Assembly (NCBI GenBank): GCA_005239935.1
Contig: SBAZ01000025.1
Coordinates: 1-37,613, forward strand
Direction of reading: 5' to 3'
Length of the DNA: 37,613 bases
From: Planctomycetales bacterium
GTDB taxonomy: Bacteria > Omnitrophota > Gorgyraeia > Aquiviventales > Aquiviventaceae
Positions 1 through 6,211 of this stretch are shown here, in pieces (the stretch's first letter is position 1; each line of letters opens with the position of its first letter). Made by a program: the position numbers and the translations under genes. Under the pieces are notes generated by a model. It was not told the DNA's origin and searched no databases. It saw only the letters and a program-made list of their open reading frames with translations.

Positions 1-148
1 ATTCACGGTCCCACAGCACGTTCGCTCCAGGACCAATCTACCCGCGAGGTGGCTTTCTGTTAAGGGGCTCATTCGTCGGGGATTTATGACGCACCCATAT
101 TCTATGCCGTTCAGTCGGTTCTGTCATGCGCTGCTTCGAGCACATGAG

Positions 149-391
149 TCAATGCCTGCGATCCTTCGGCGGGTTCGGATCGTTCGCCGGCGGCACCGTG
201 TCGCTATCACGGATCGGCCCGCGCAAACTGTGAATCCTCACCTCGCCGCCGCCCGAGCTCGCGGCGAGTTGCTTCGCGCGCTTGTCGGCCGCGCTCTGCG
301 TCCGCTTGAAATCGCTCGCCCGCTCCGCGCCCTCCTTGGTCACTCGCCACACCCCAGTATCCTTGTCCTTTGACACGTGATAGTTCGCCAT
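149..391 (-). CDS. DUF2188-family small protein
   Basis: 80-aa ORF. The N-terminal pattern YHVSKDKDTGVWRVTKEGAERASDFKRTQSAADKRAKQLA...GEVRIH resembles DUF2188 proteins. It starts 3 nt after the lexA stop, so it is probably co-transcribed. Confidence 0.7.
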   Translation of the reverse strand: MANYHVSKDKDTGVWRVTKEGAERASDFKRTQSAADKRAKQLAASSGGGEVRIHSLRGPIRDSDTVPPANDPNPPKDRRH

Positions 392-394
392 GCG

Positions 395-1024
395 CTACTC
401 CAGGTTGGAAACCACCGCCTCCACGACGCCTTGCACCCGAAAATCCTTGGTCAGCAGAATCGGCCGGTGCCGCGGATTGCTCGACCTCGGCCGTAATACT
501 ACCATGCCGTTTGCGCGTCGATATTCCTTGATGGTCGCCTCCTGATCGATCAGCGCCACCACGCGATCTCCCTGATCCGCGGTTGGCTGTTGCCGAACGA
601 GCACCATGTCGCCGTCGCGGATGCCCGCCTTGTCCATCGAATCGCCGCGAGCGCGGAGGAGAAAATACTTGCGCCCGGGCCTGGCGATCGCGGTGGAGAC
701 AGAGATGTATCCTTCGATATTCTCTTCGGCGAGCATCGGGCCTCCGCACGCCGCCGTCCCGACGAGCGGCACGCTCACGGTCTGGGGGTGCAGAGGCCCG
801 AGGTCTGGATCGCTCATCAACTGATACTCGCCCGATGGCAGCTTGCGAATAGCGCCTTTCGCTCGCAGCTGCTCAAGGATGTCTTGAGCCGATCGCGGCG
901 ACTTGTACGCCAGCGCCGTCATGAGCTCTCGCACTGATGGCGCGCGGCCCTGGCGAACGAGCCAGTTCCGGATATGCTTCAGGGCCTCGAGCTGCTTCTG
1001 AGAGAATCGCTCTTTCGCGCGCAT
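395..1024 (-). CDS. lexA: LexA repressor (winged-HTH N-domain plus S24 self-cleaving peptidase domain)
   Basis: 209 aa. N-terminal LexA DNA-binding pattern (QLEALKHIRNWLVRQGRAPSVRELMTALAYKSPRSAQDILEQLRAKGAI). Cleavage-site region VPLVGTAACGGPMLAEE. Catalytic Ser in RGDSM and Lys in ATIKEY. ATG at 1024. Confidence 0.85.
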   Translation of the reverse strand: MRAKERFSQKQLEALKHIRNWLVRQGRAPSVRELMTALAYKSPRSAQDILEQLRAKGAIRKLPSGEYQLMSDPDLGPLHPQTVSVPLVGTAACGGPMLAEENIEGYISVSTAIARPGRKYFLLRARGDSMDKAGIRDGDMVLVRQQPTADQGDRVVALIDQEATIKEYRRANGMVVLRPRSSNPRHRPILLTKDFRVQGVVEAVVSNLE

Positions 1025-1025
1025 T

Positions 1026-1062
1026 ACATACAGAGTGTATGTCTCTGTATGTCATTTGTCAA
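1026..1062 (-). promoter_or_regulatory. lexA promoter with overlapping palindromic operator (leaderless-type geometry)
   Basis: Read on the minus strand: TTGACA (1062..1057), 17-nt spacer, TACACT (1039..1034), 9 nt, then ATG (1024). An inverted repeat ACATACAGAG-N7-CTCTGTATGT spans 1026..1052, with a nested ACATAC/GTATGT pair. Confidence 0.6.
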
Positions 1063-1108
1063 GCGCTTTGATGGGAGTGCGCTGTTTGCGTTTCGAGGCG
1101 TGCGCCGG

Positions 1109-1906
1109 TCACGCCGCGCTTTTTGCCCGGGCGGCCTGGGCGCTTTTGCTGTCGCCTTTAAGCCAGGCTTCGTAGCGGACCTTGGAGCGCTTCGCCCACG
1201 TCTCCTGGTACTGCTTGAAGAGCTCCGCGTCACCTCGCTCGAGCAGCGCCACCAGCTCGTCCCGCTTGGCATCGGCCATGTACTTGGCTCCCGGCCACGT
1301 CTCCTTCACTCGCGCTTTCAGCGCTCCGAGCGATGCCTGTTGTTTCGTTTCAGGGGCTTCTGGCGCCGTGGCGGGTGCCTCTGGAGCGCGCTCCGGCGCC
1401 GTCTCCGTTGGTTGGGCTGTTTTGACCTCCGCCGGCTGCCTCCGGCCTTTCTTGGCTGCTGCCAAGGCCTCACGGCTGGCCCGCTTCTTCGCTAGGTGCT
1501 CTTGGTTCTTCTTGCGGAGTTCCTTCCGTTGCTCTGGTGTCATCGTATCCTCGCTGGTTGATGGTCCCGTCATGATGCCACGCCGCTGTCGATGCCACGC
1601 CTTCGTCTCCCAGTGGTGGATCGTGCCTCCGAGTCGTTTCACCTCCCTTCGCCAGGTATCGTCATGCCCATGTCCGGTCAGGATGTGCGCCAGCTCATGC
1701 CACATGAGCTTCGAGGGTCGGTCCGTGCCCGGCACATAAAGCCGCTTGGCGGAGCGCACGCAGATCCAGCCTTGGTTGGGCTCCTTCGTGTGCGCATGCG
1801 CCTTGGCCCGGAAGCTCGATCCATCGCCCCGGTCGACGCACCCGCCGACGAACACCCCTCTGAACTCCGGATACTGCTGAAAGGCCGGGTACTCAACGTG
1901 GGGCAT
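1109..1906 (-). CDS. SprT/WLM/DUF45-like HExxH zinc metallopeptidase with a Lys/Ala/Pro-rich C-terminal tail
   Basis: Motif LMWHELAHILTGHGHDDTWRREVKRLGG (HExxH plus a downstream His). Start chosen at the internal ATG 1906 (MPHVEYP...) because the upstream part of the ORF is Gly/Cys/Arg-rich and overlaps the preceding gene. The C-terminal about 130 aa is low-complexity and charged. Confidence 0.65.
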   Translation of the reverse strand: MPHVEYPAFQQYPEFRGVFVGGCVDRGDGSSFRAKAHAHTKEPNQGWICVRSAKRLYVPGTDRPSKLMWHELAHILTGHGHDDTWRREVKRLGGTIHHWETKAWHRQRRGIMTGPSTSEDTMTPEQRKELRKKNQEHLAKKRASREALAAAKKGRRQPAEVKTAQPTETAPERAPEAPATAPEAPETKQQASLGALKARVKETWPGAKYMADAKRDELVALLERGDAELFKQYQETWAKRSKVRYEAWLKGDSKSAQAARAKSAA

Positions 1907-2084
1907 GCCGCGGCTTCCGCATCCACTTCGCCTTCCGCGGCAGCCCGAACTGCCGGCGGAGCACGTCGTTAAAGCTCTGGCCGGGGCCCCGCCGGCGCGA
2001 GAGCATCCGGTACACGTCGTCATCGACCCGGATGATCAGCCCCTGCGGAGTCTCCTGGACGGATCTGAGCGTCCTACTCCGCAT
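1893..2084 (-). CDS. VapB-like (COG1753 / putative-antitoxin family) small protein
   Basis: 63 aa. GLIIRVDDDVYRMLSRRRGPGQSFNDVLRRQFGL matches the pattern I recall for the archaeal-type putative antitoxin family (tI.v.ddvYe.L...k..geSFSdvi.rLl). It overlaps the SprT-like start by 14 nt and the upstream gene stop by 11 nt. Confidence 0.5.
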   Translation of the reverse strand: MRSRTLRSVQETPQGLIIRVDDDVYRMLSRRRGPGQSFNDVLRRQFGLPRKAKWMRKPRHAPR

Positions 2085-2265
2085 CGACGTACTCCTGGCA
2101 AATCCCCAAGGCTTCGTCGTAAGACGTCGCCTTGAACACCCGCTGCATCATCTCTTCGGCCTGATCCGGCTGTCCCGCATCCTTCAGAGCCTGCTTGCAC
2201 CGGCCCAGGATCGCGAAGATGTTGCCGTCTGTGCCGACGAGTTTGACGCGTGGTTTGTCCGCCAT
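2074..2265 (-). CDS. small conserved hypothetical protein (family often seen in phages and mobile elements)
   Basis: 63 aa. The pattern VKLVGTDGNIFAILGRCKQALKDAG....AEEMMQRVFKATSYDEAL...QEYV resembles a small protein family I recall from phage genomes. Compact operon position. Confidence 0.55.
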   Translation of the reverse strand: MADKPRVKLVGTDGNIFAILGRCKQALKDAGQPDQAEEMMQRVFKATSYDEALGICQEYVDAE

Positions 2266-2278
2266 CGCGTTGTCCCCT

Positions 2279-2482
2279 CTACCGCGCCGCCTCGAACAAC
2301 CGATTGATCTGCCGCTCGATCAGCGCCACGCTGATCGCCATCGCGCGCGCCGCGGCTGCGTTGTCGTCCTTGATCGCCTGGCCGAGCCACTCCTGCATCG
2401 TGCTCTTGGCCCGCTCCAGCGCCTCGGCGCTGGCTGCGTCGAGCCCAGCCTGGCCTCGCAACTGTCCCTCGGTCATCGCCAT
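2279..2482 (-). CDS. hypothetical small protein
   Basis: Internal ATG at 2482 (MAMTEGQL...) is preceded by GGAGG on the minus strand. 67 aa, helical-looking. First gene of the overlapped cassette. Confidence 0.45.
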   Translation of the reverse strand: MAMTEGQLRGQAGLDAASAEALERAKSTMQEWLGQAIKDDNAAAARAMAISVALIERQINRLFEAAR

Positions 2483-2704
2483 GTCCTCAGTCCTCCACCG
2501 AATCCAGGTCCATGAGATACCGCCTGCCGCAGGCCCAGTATCGCCAGGTCCTCCAGGCGCAGCTGCGTCAGCCTCTCCCCGCCCCGGCGGCGGTGGGCTC
2601 GACCGCGGACCTGCGACAGTTGGCGCGCACGGCCGGCACTCCGCTCCCCGAGAAGCCCCGGGGCCGGCCGCGCAAGCTGGCGGGTGCCACCTCATGAAAA
2701 ATAA

Positions 2705-2890
2705 GAACCGTCCCCTATTTTCCTACCCGTCACGCAACGCGGCAACCGCCGCCAGCCCGTGTTCTGCCGCGACGACGACTACCGCACCTACCTGGCCCTC
2801 CTGCAGGAGGAAAGCCAGCGCTGGCAGCTCCAGGTCTGGGCCTACTGCCTCATGACCACCACGTGCCCATGGTGGTCCGGGCGGCATTGA
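2705..2890 (+). pseudogene. REP-associated tyrosine transposase (RayT, IS200/IS605-like Y1) fragment, 5'-truncated and frameshifted
   Basis: The frame opening at 2705 reads EPSPIFLPVTQRGNRRQPVFCRDDDYRTYLALLQEESQRWQLQVWAYCLMTTTCPWWSGRH*. It matches the conserved RayT block up to CLM(T/P)NHVHLVV. There, ACCACCACGTGCCCATGGTGGTC looks like a 1-nt deletion of ACCAACCACGTGCAC.. that destroys the HUH motif. There is no start codon and no C-terminal catalytic Tyr region. Confidence 0.7.
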
Positions 2891-2916
2891 CAACTATGTA
2901 GCATATATGCTACATA
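2887..2916 (+). promoter_or_regulatory. promoter plus 22-bp perfect palindromic operator of the XRE-NTase operon
   Basis: TTGACA at 2887..2892. Perfect palindrome TATGTAGCATATATGCTACATA at 2895..2916 contains a -10-like TACATA (2911..2916). ATG at 2923 lies only 6 nt downstream. Confidence 0.6.
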
Positions 2917-2922
2917 TAGGTC

Positions 2923-3390
2923 ATGCTGCCGTTTGGACAGACGCTGCGCTTGTGGCGCACACACCGCGGCTTGACCCAGGCCCAGTTGGCCCGAGCGGCC
3001 GCGGTGCCGCGCCCGAACCTCTGCGCCATTGAGCGCGGGCACCGGGAGGTTTCCCTCACCACCCTCCGGGCGCTCGCGCTGTCCCTGGAGGTCTCGCCCG
3101 GGACCCTGGTGGACGGGCTGCCTCCTCCCCAGCCTGGCGGCCTGCGGCGGCTGTCCCGGGAGGCCATTGAGCGAGTCGCGGACGCGGCGCACTCGGGGCC
3201 GTTGCCGGACGATCCTGCCGAGCGTGCCCTGGGAGAGCTGCTTTGCATCGTCACGAGCGCAGCGCGCGGCGGGCGGCGACGCGCCGAGGCCGCCTGGTTG
3301 GGTCTTAAGGCCACCTATCCGCCCGAACTGGTCGAGACCTTGCTCAGGCGCGTGGCGGCTCGGAAGCGGCAGGCCGGCCATGAGTCCTGA
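2923..3390 (+). CDS. XRE-family helix-turn-helix regulator with about 90-aa C-terminal extension
   Basis: 155 aa. LRLWRTHRGLTQAQLARAAAVPRPNLCAIERGHREVSLTTLRALALSLEV is a classic HTH_3/XRE pattern. Confidence 0.8.
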   Translation: MLPFGQTLRLWRTHRGLTQAQLARAAAVPRPNLCAIERGHREVSLTTLRALALSLEVSPGTLVDGLPPPQPGGLRRLSREAIERVADAAHSGPLPDDPAERALGELLCIVTSAARGGRRRAEAAWLGLKATYPPELVETLLRRVAARKRQAGHES

Positions 3391-3994
3391 ACAGATTGCC
3401 CGATTCTTTCGCCTGCTGGGGCGCGAGCTCACGCAGCCGGTCACGGTCATCCTCACCGGAGCCGCGGCCGGATCGCTGATGGGTCATGTGCGCCCGAGTC
3501 TGGACATTGACTTCGCCATCTCACCAGTCCGCTCCAGTGAGGCGTCGTGGGCGGCCGTCGAGCGGGCGGTCGCCCGGGTGAGCCGACTGACGGGCATTCG
3601 CCCGCATTATGCGGAGGACATTGACCGCTGGTCATCTGTCACGCTGTTCGACTATCGGCGTCGCAGCCGTCCCTACCGACGCTTCGGAACCGTCAACCTC
3701 CGCTTGCTTGACCCGGCCGCCTGGGCCATCGGCAAACTGAGTCGCTATCTCCCCCAAGATGAACGGGACCTTGTGGCTGTGCTCAGCGCCCATCGCCCGA
3801 GTCCTGGCGCGCTCGTCTCTTACTGGGCCAGGGCGCTACGCCACAGCCCCCGGTCCCCCGCCCTCACGACCTTTCGCACCCGCGTCGAGCAGTTCCTTGG
3901 CGAACACGGCAGCGCCGTCTGGGGCCCATCCTTCAAAGCCGAGCAGACGATCCAACGCTTCCGGGTCGCGCTCGCGCGCCATCCCTCCAGCTGA
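3380..3994 (+). CDS. minimal nucleotidyltransferase-fold protein (DUF6036/MNT/AbiEii-like class)
   Basis: Start at ATG 3380 (MSPEQIARFF...), overlapping the XRE stop by 11 nt. GAAAGSLMGHVRPSLDIDF fits the G-[GS]-x(9-13)-D-x-[DE] polymerase-beta-type NTase signature. 204 aa. Confidence 0.6.
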   Translation: MSPEQIARFFRLLGRELTQPVTVILTGAAAGSLMGHVRPSLDIDFAISPVRSSEASWAAVERAVARVSRLTGIRPHYAEDIDRWSSVTLFDYRRRSRPYRRFGTVNLRLLDPAAWAIGKLSRYLPQDERDLVAVLSAHRPSPGALVSYWARALRHSPRSPALTTFRTRVEQFLGEHGSAVWGPSFKAEQTIQRFRVALARHPSS

Positions 3995-3995
3995 A

Positions 3996-4046
3996 GCGGG
4001 GACGTTTCTCATGGGGACAGGTCTCCATCCCGTCGAGAAACCGCGA
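3996..4046 (+). repeat. REP-like element copy (GCGGGGACGTTTCTC) with ATGGGGAC..GTCTCCAT hairpin and degenerate inverted partner (GAGAAACcgcgac)
   Basis: AGCGGGGACGTTTCTCATGGGG (3995..4016) is identical to the reverse complement of 33141..33162. It starts 2 nt after the NTase stop codon. Confidence 0.7.
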
Positions 4047-4089
4047 CATCCTGCCTCGTTTCCCTGCGCTGACCTGACCTAGCCGATAC

Positions 4090-4118
4090 CGGGGACGTTT
4101 CTCTGAGAAACGTCCCCG
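4090..4118. repeat. REP-like palindrome C-GGGGACGTTTCTC-T-GAGAAACGTCCCC-G
   Basis: 29-nt near-perfect palindrome. Same 13-mer arms as at 9792..9818 and 33145..33176. Confidence 0.8.
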
Positions 4119-4289
4119 CTTCTTTCCGCCTACCATCTGAGATGGACTGGCGGGGAGTAGTGTCCCGTCGGTGAGTTGGCACCGCGCTTGCTGATTATTC
4201 CCAGCGTCGTGCCCTCCGTCCGCACCGCGCGTCCCGGCACACTCACCAGACTCTGCTGACTCAGTTGAGTCACTCGAAGGGAGGACTGT

Positions 4290-5894
4290 ATGCGGATGTC
4301 GTGGCTGATGGCGCTGCTCGTGGCTGTGCCGGGAACTGCCCGGGCTGAGGCCACGTGGGAACGAGTTTCAGTGGGACCTGATCACGCGTTCCTCGCAGTC
4401 GATGGCGATCCCAGTAACCCGAAGCACTTGCTGTCGGCGAGCCTGCGCACCGTGTACCAGTCTGAGGACGGCGGTCAGACCTGGCAGCCGGCGTTTCCCG
4501 CGCCCGGAGAGAGCCTGGTCACGGATGCCGTCATCGTTCCGACTGAGCCGCCCACCCTCCTCGTGACTACGGATCGCGGTGTGCATGTCTCCTGGGATGC
4601 CGGCCGACACTGGCGCCTCACCTTGCGCAAGCGGGCCGGTGCCGACCCAGGCCGCCGGGTGGCGGTGCACCCGCAAGACCCGGACCAGATCCTCACGAGC
4701 ACCGACGACGGGCTGTGGCTGAGCTGGGACGGAGGGCGCCGGTGGACAGCGCTCGACACACCCCCGGGTGCGCGGCGCGCTCTCGAGGTTGCCTGGGACC
4801 CGCGGCGGCGCGATCTGGCCTACGTGTTGACAGACCATGCGCTGCACACTGTGGACCTGGCCGGCGGCTGGCGAGAAGTGCTGGCGACAACCGTTGACGC
4901 TGAGGAGTTGGAGGTGGAGGAGTCGGATGTGGAGACGGGAACGGGAGAGGAGCCCGACTCTCTCCACCACCTCAGCGCCATGACGGTAGACCCGGCCGAA
5001 GGAGTCTTGTATCTCGCTGTAGCCAGGGGACTGCTCGCCAGCGAGGATAGTGGCCTGACCTGGCGCGCCCGCGGGCTCTCCGGCGCCCCCACGGGCCAGG
5101 CAGCCACCCTCTTGGCGCACCGACACTCGCCGCTCATCGTCCTGGCCGCCGGTCCGCATGGCGTGGGCGCCTATCTGCCGCACCGCGATGCCTGGGCGCC
5201 AATGGCTGGCGGTCTCTTGGGTGCTGTGCGGGATCTGGCACTGGCTGGCACGACGCTGTGGGCGGCTACCGACCAGGGGCTCTATCGATTCCAGGGGCCG
5301 GTCGCTGACTTCCCTGCCCCGCCGCCATCGGCGCACGATCTCCTCAGCAACTTTACCCACGAGCCGACCATCCGCGATGTGCAAGAAGCGACCATCCGCT
5401 ATGCCGAGGTGCACCCGGAAAAGATTGCCCGCTGGCGGCGCCAGGCAGCCCTCAAGGCGCTGCTCCCGTCGTTCAGCGTGGGATTCGATGCGGATACCTC
5501 CCAAGATACGAGCGTGGATGAGGGCTCCTTCCCGAACTTCCAGGTTCTGGAGACCACCGACCGGGACCACGGATTCGACTTCTCGGTCTCGTGGGACCTG
5601 GCCGACCTCATCTGGAGCACGGACCAGACCTCCATTGACGTGCGTTCGAAGCTGATGGTGCAACTGCGCGAGGACCTCGTGGATCAAGTCACACGGCTCT
5701 ACTACGAGCGCCGGCGGCTGCAGGTCGCCCTGCTCAGCGACCCGCCGGGGCCGGACGTCGTGCTCGAGAAGGAGTTGCGCGTTCAGGAACTCACCGCGCT
5801 CATCGACGGCCTGACGGGTGGAGCCTTCAGCCGCGCGATGCGCATTGACCCTAACCCAGAGGAGGGTGCATGGACCGGTGGAACACCGAACTGA
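4290..5894 (+). CDS. secreted BNR/Asp-box repeat (beta-propeller) protein with extra C-terminal domain
   Basis: 534 aa. Signal peptide MRMSWLMALLVAVPGTARA|EA. Four Asp-box-like motifs (SEDGGQTW, SWDAGRHW, SWDGGRRW, SEDSGLTW). GGAGG lies 5 nt upstream of the ATG. Confidence 0.75.
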   Translation: MRMSWLMALLVAVPGTARAEATWERVSVGPDHAFLAVDGDPSNPKHLLSASLRTVYQSEDGGQTWQPAFPAPGESLVTDAVIVPTEPPTLLVTTDRGVHVSWDAGRHWRLTLRKRAGADPGRRVAVHPQDPDQILTSTDDGLWLSWDGGRRWTALDTPPGARRALEVAWDPRRRDLAYVLTDHALHTVDLAGGWREVLATTVDAEELEVEESDVETGTGEEPDSLHHLSAMTVDPAEGVLYLAVARGLLASEDSGLTWRARGLSGAPTGQAATLLAHRHSPLIVLAAGPHGVGAYLPHRDAWAPMAGGLLGAVRDLALAGTTLWAATDQGLYRFQGPVADFPAPPPSAHDLLSNFTHEPTIRDVQEATIRYAEVHPEKIARWRRQAALKALLPSFSVGFDADTSQDTSVDEGSFPNFQVLETTDRDHGFDFSVSWDLADLIWSTDQTSIDVRSKLMVQLREDLVDQVTRLYYERRRLQVALLSDPPGPDVVLEKELRVQELTALIDGLTGGAFSRAMRIDPNPEEGAWTGGTPN

Positions 5895-6151
5895 CCGTGG
5901 CTCGGCTCGTCAAGGCAGACCGGGAGGGCTCGCTCAAGGCCTTCTGCGATTTGGCCGTGGGGAACCTCTTCCTGATCCGCGGCCTGCGGGTCGTGGACGG
6001 CAAGAAGGGCCTCTTCGTGTCCATGCCGCGCCAGCAAGGCAAAGACAGTCGCTGGTATGACACGGTGAAGCCGCTCTCGGATGAGGCGAAGGCCGAGGCC
6101 GAGCGGGTCGTGTTGGAGGCGTATCAGCAGGGCCTGCCGGTCGGGGAGTGA
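5870..6151 (+). CDS. spoVG: SpoVG family protein
   Basis: 93 aa. VARLVKADREGSLKAFCDLAVGNLFLIRGLRVVDGKKGLFVSMPRQQGKDSRWYDTVKPLSDEAKAEAERVVLEAY matches the SpoVG pattern. GGAGG upstream. Overlaps the BNR gene end by 25 nt. Confidence 0.8.
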   Translation: MDRWNTELTVARLVKADREGSLKAFCDLAVGNLFLIRGLRVVDGKKGLFVSMPRQQGKDSRWYDTVKPLSDEAKAEAERVVLEAYQQGLPVGE

Positions 6152-6160
6152 TCCCCCGCG

Positions 6161-6190
6161 TTGCATAAGTATACTCTTTCGTGTACACTT
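6161..6190 (+). promoter_or_regulatory. promoter and operator of the YefM-RelE operon
   Basis: TTGCAT (6161..6166), 17 nt, TACACT (6184..6189). Inverted repeat AAGTATAC (6167..6174) / GTACACTT (6183..6190), 7 of 8 matching, plus the GTGTACAC palindrome (6181..6188). GAGGAGGA RBS precedes the ATG at 6212. Confidence 0.55.
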
Positions 6191-6211
6191 AATGGCCGAG
6201 GAGGATCGGCC

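Noticed and set aside
2512-2697. A 61-aa plus-strand ORF (MRYRLPQAQYRQVLQAQLRQ...EKPRGRPRKLAGATS) with an AT-hook-like GRPRK. It could be a Cro- or excisionase-like gene divergent from the cassette.
   Set aside because: It has no SD or convincing promoter, its composition is low-complexity, and I recognise no family pattern. It may be decayed DNA upstream of the RayT fragment.
1-2900. Calling the left end an intact prophage or integrative element.
   Set aside because: No integrase, att site, structural or replication genes are visible in the window. The repressor looks like a bona fide LexA rather than a CI protein. I can only say that the small genes are of mobile-element type.
3029-3379. 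The N-terminal 117-codon extension of the NTase ORF (ORF 3029..3994).
   Set aside because: It overlaps the XRE gene out of frame and is Arg/Pro/Gly-rich. The NTase-like sequence starts at the ATG at 3380.
4368-5687. Long antisense or alternative-frame ORFs throughout the window, including 4368..5687(-), 8509..9630(-), 12441..13781(+), 14647..15873(+), 16116..17633(+), 18534..19796(+), 25201..26664(+), 26471..28318(+), 33988..35580(+) and 35938..37344(+).
   Set aside because: They are typical high-GC shadow ORFs. Their translations are Arg/Gly/Pro/Ala-rich with no recognisable motifs, and each lies opposite or out of frame to a gene with clear family signatures.
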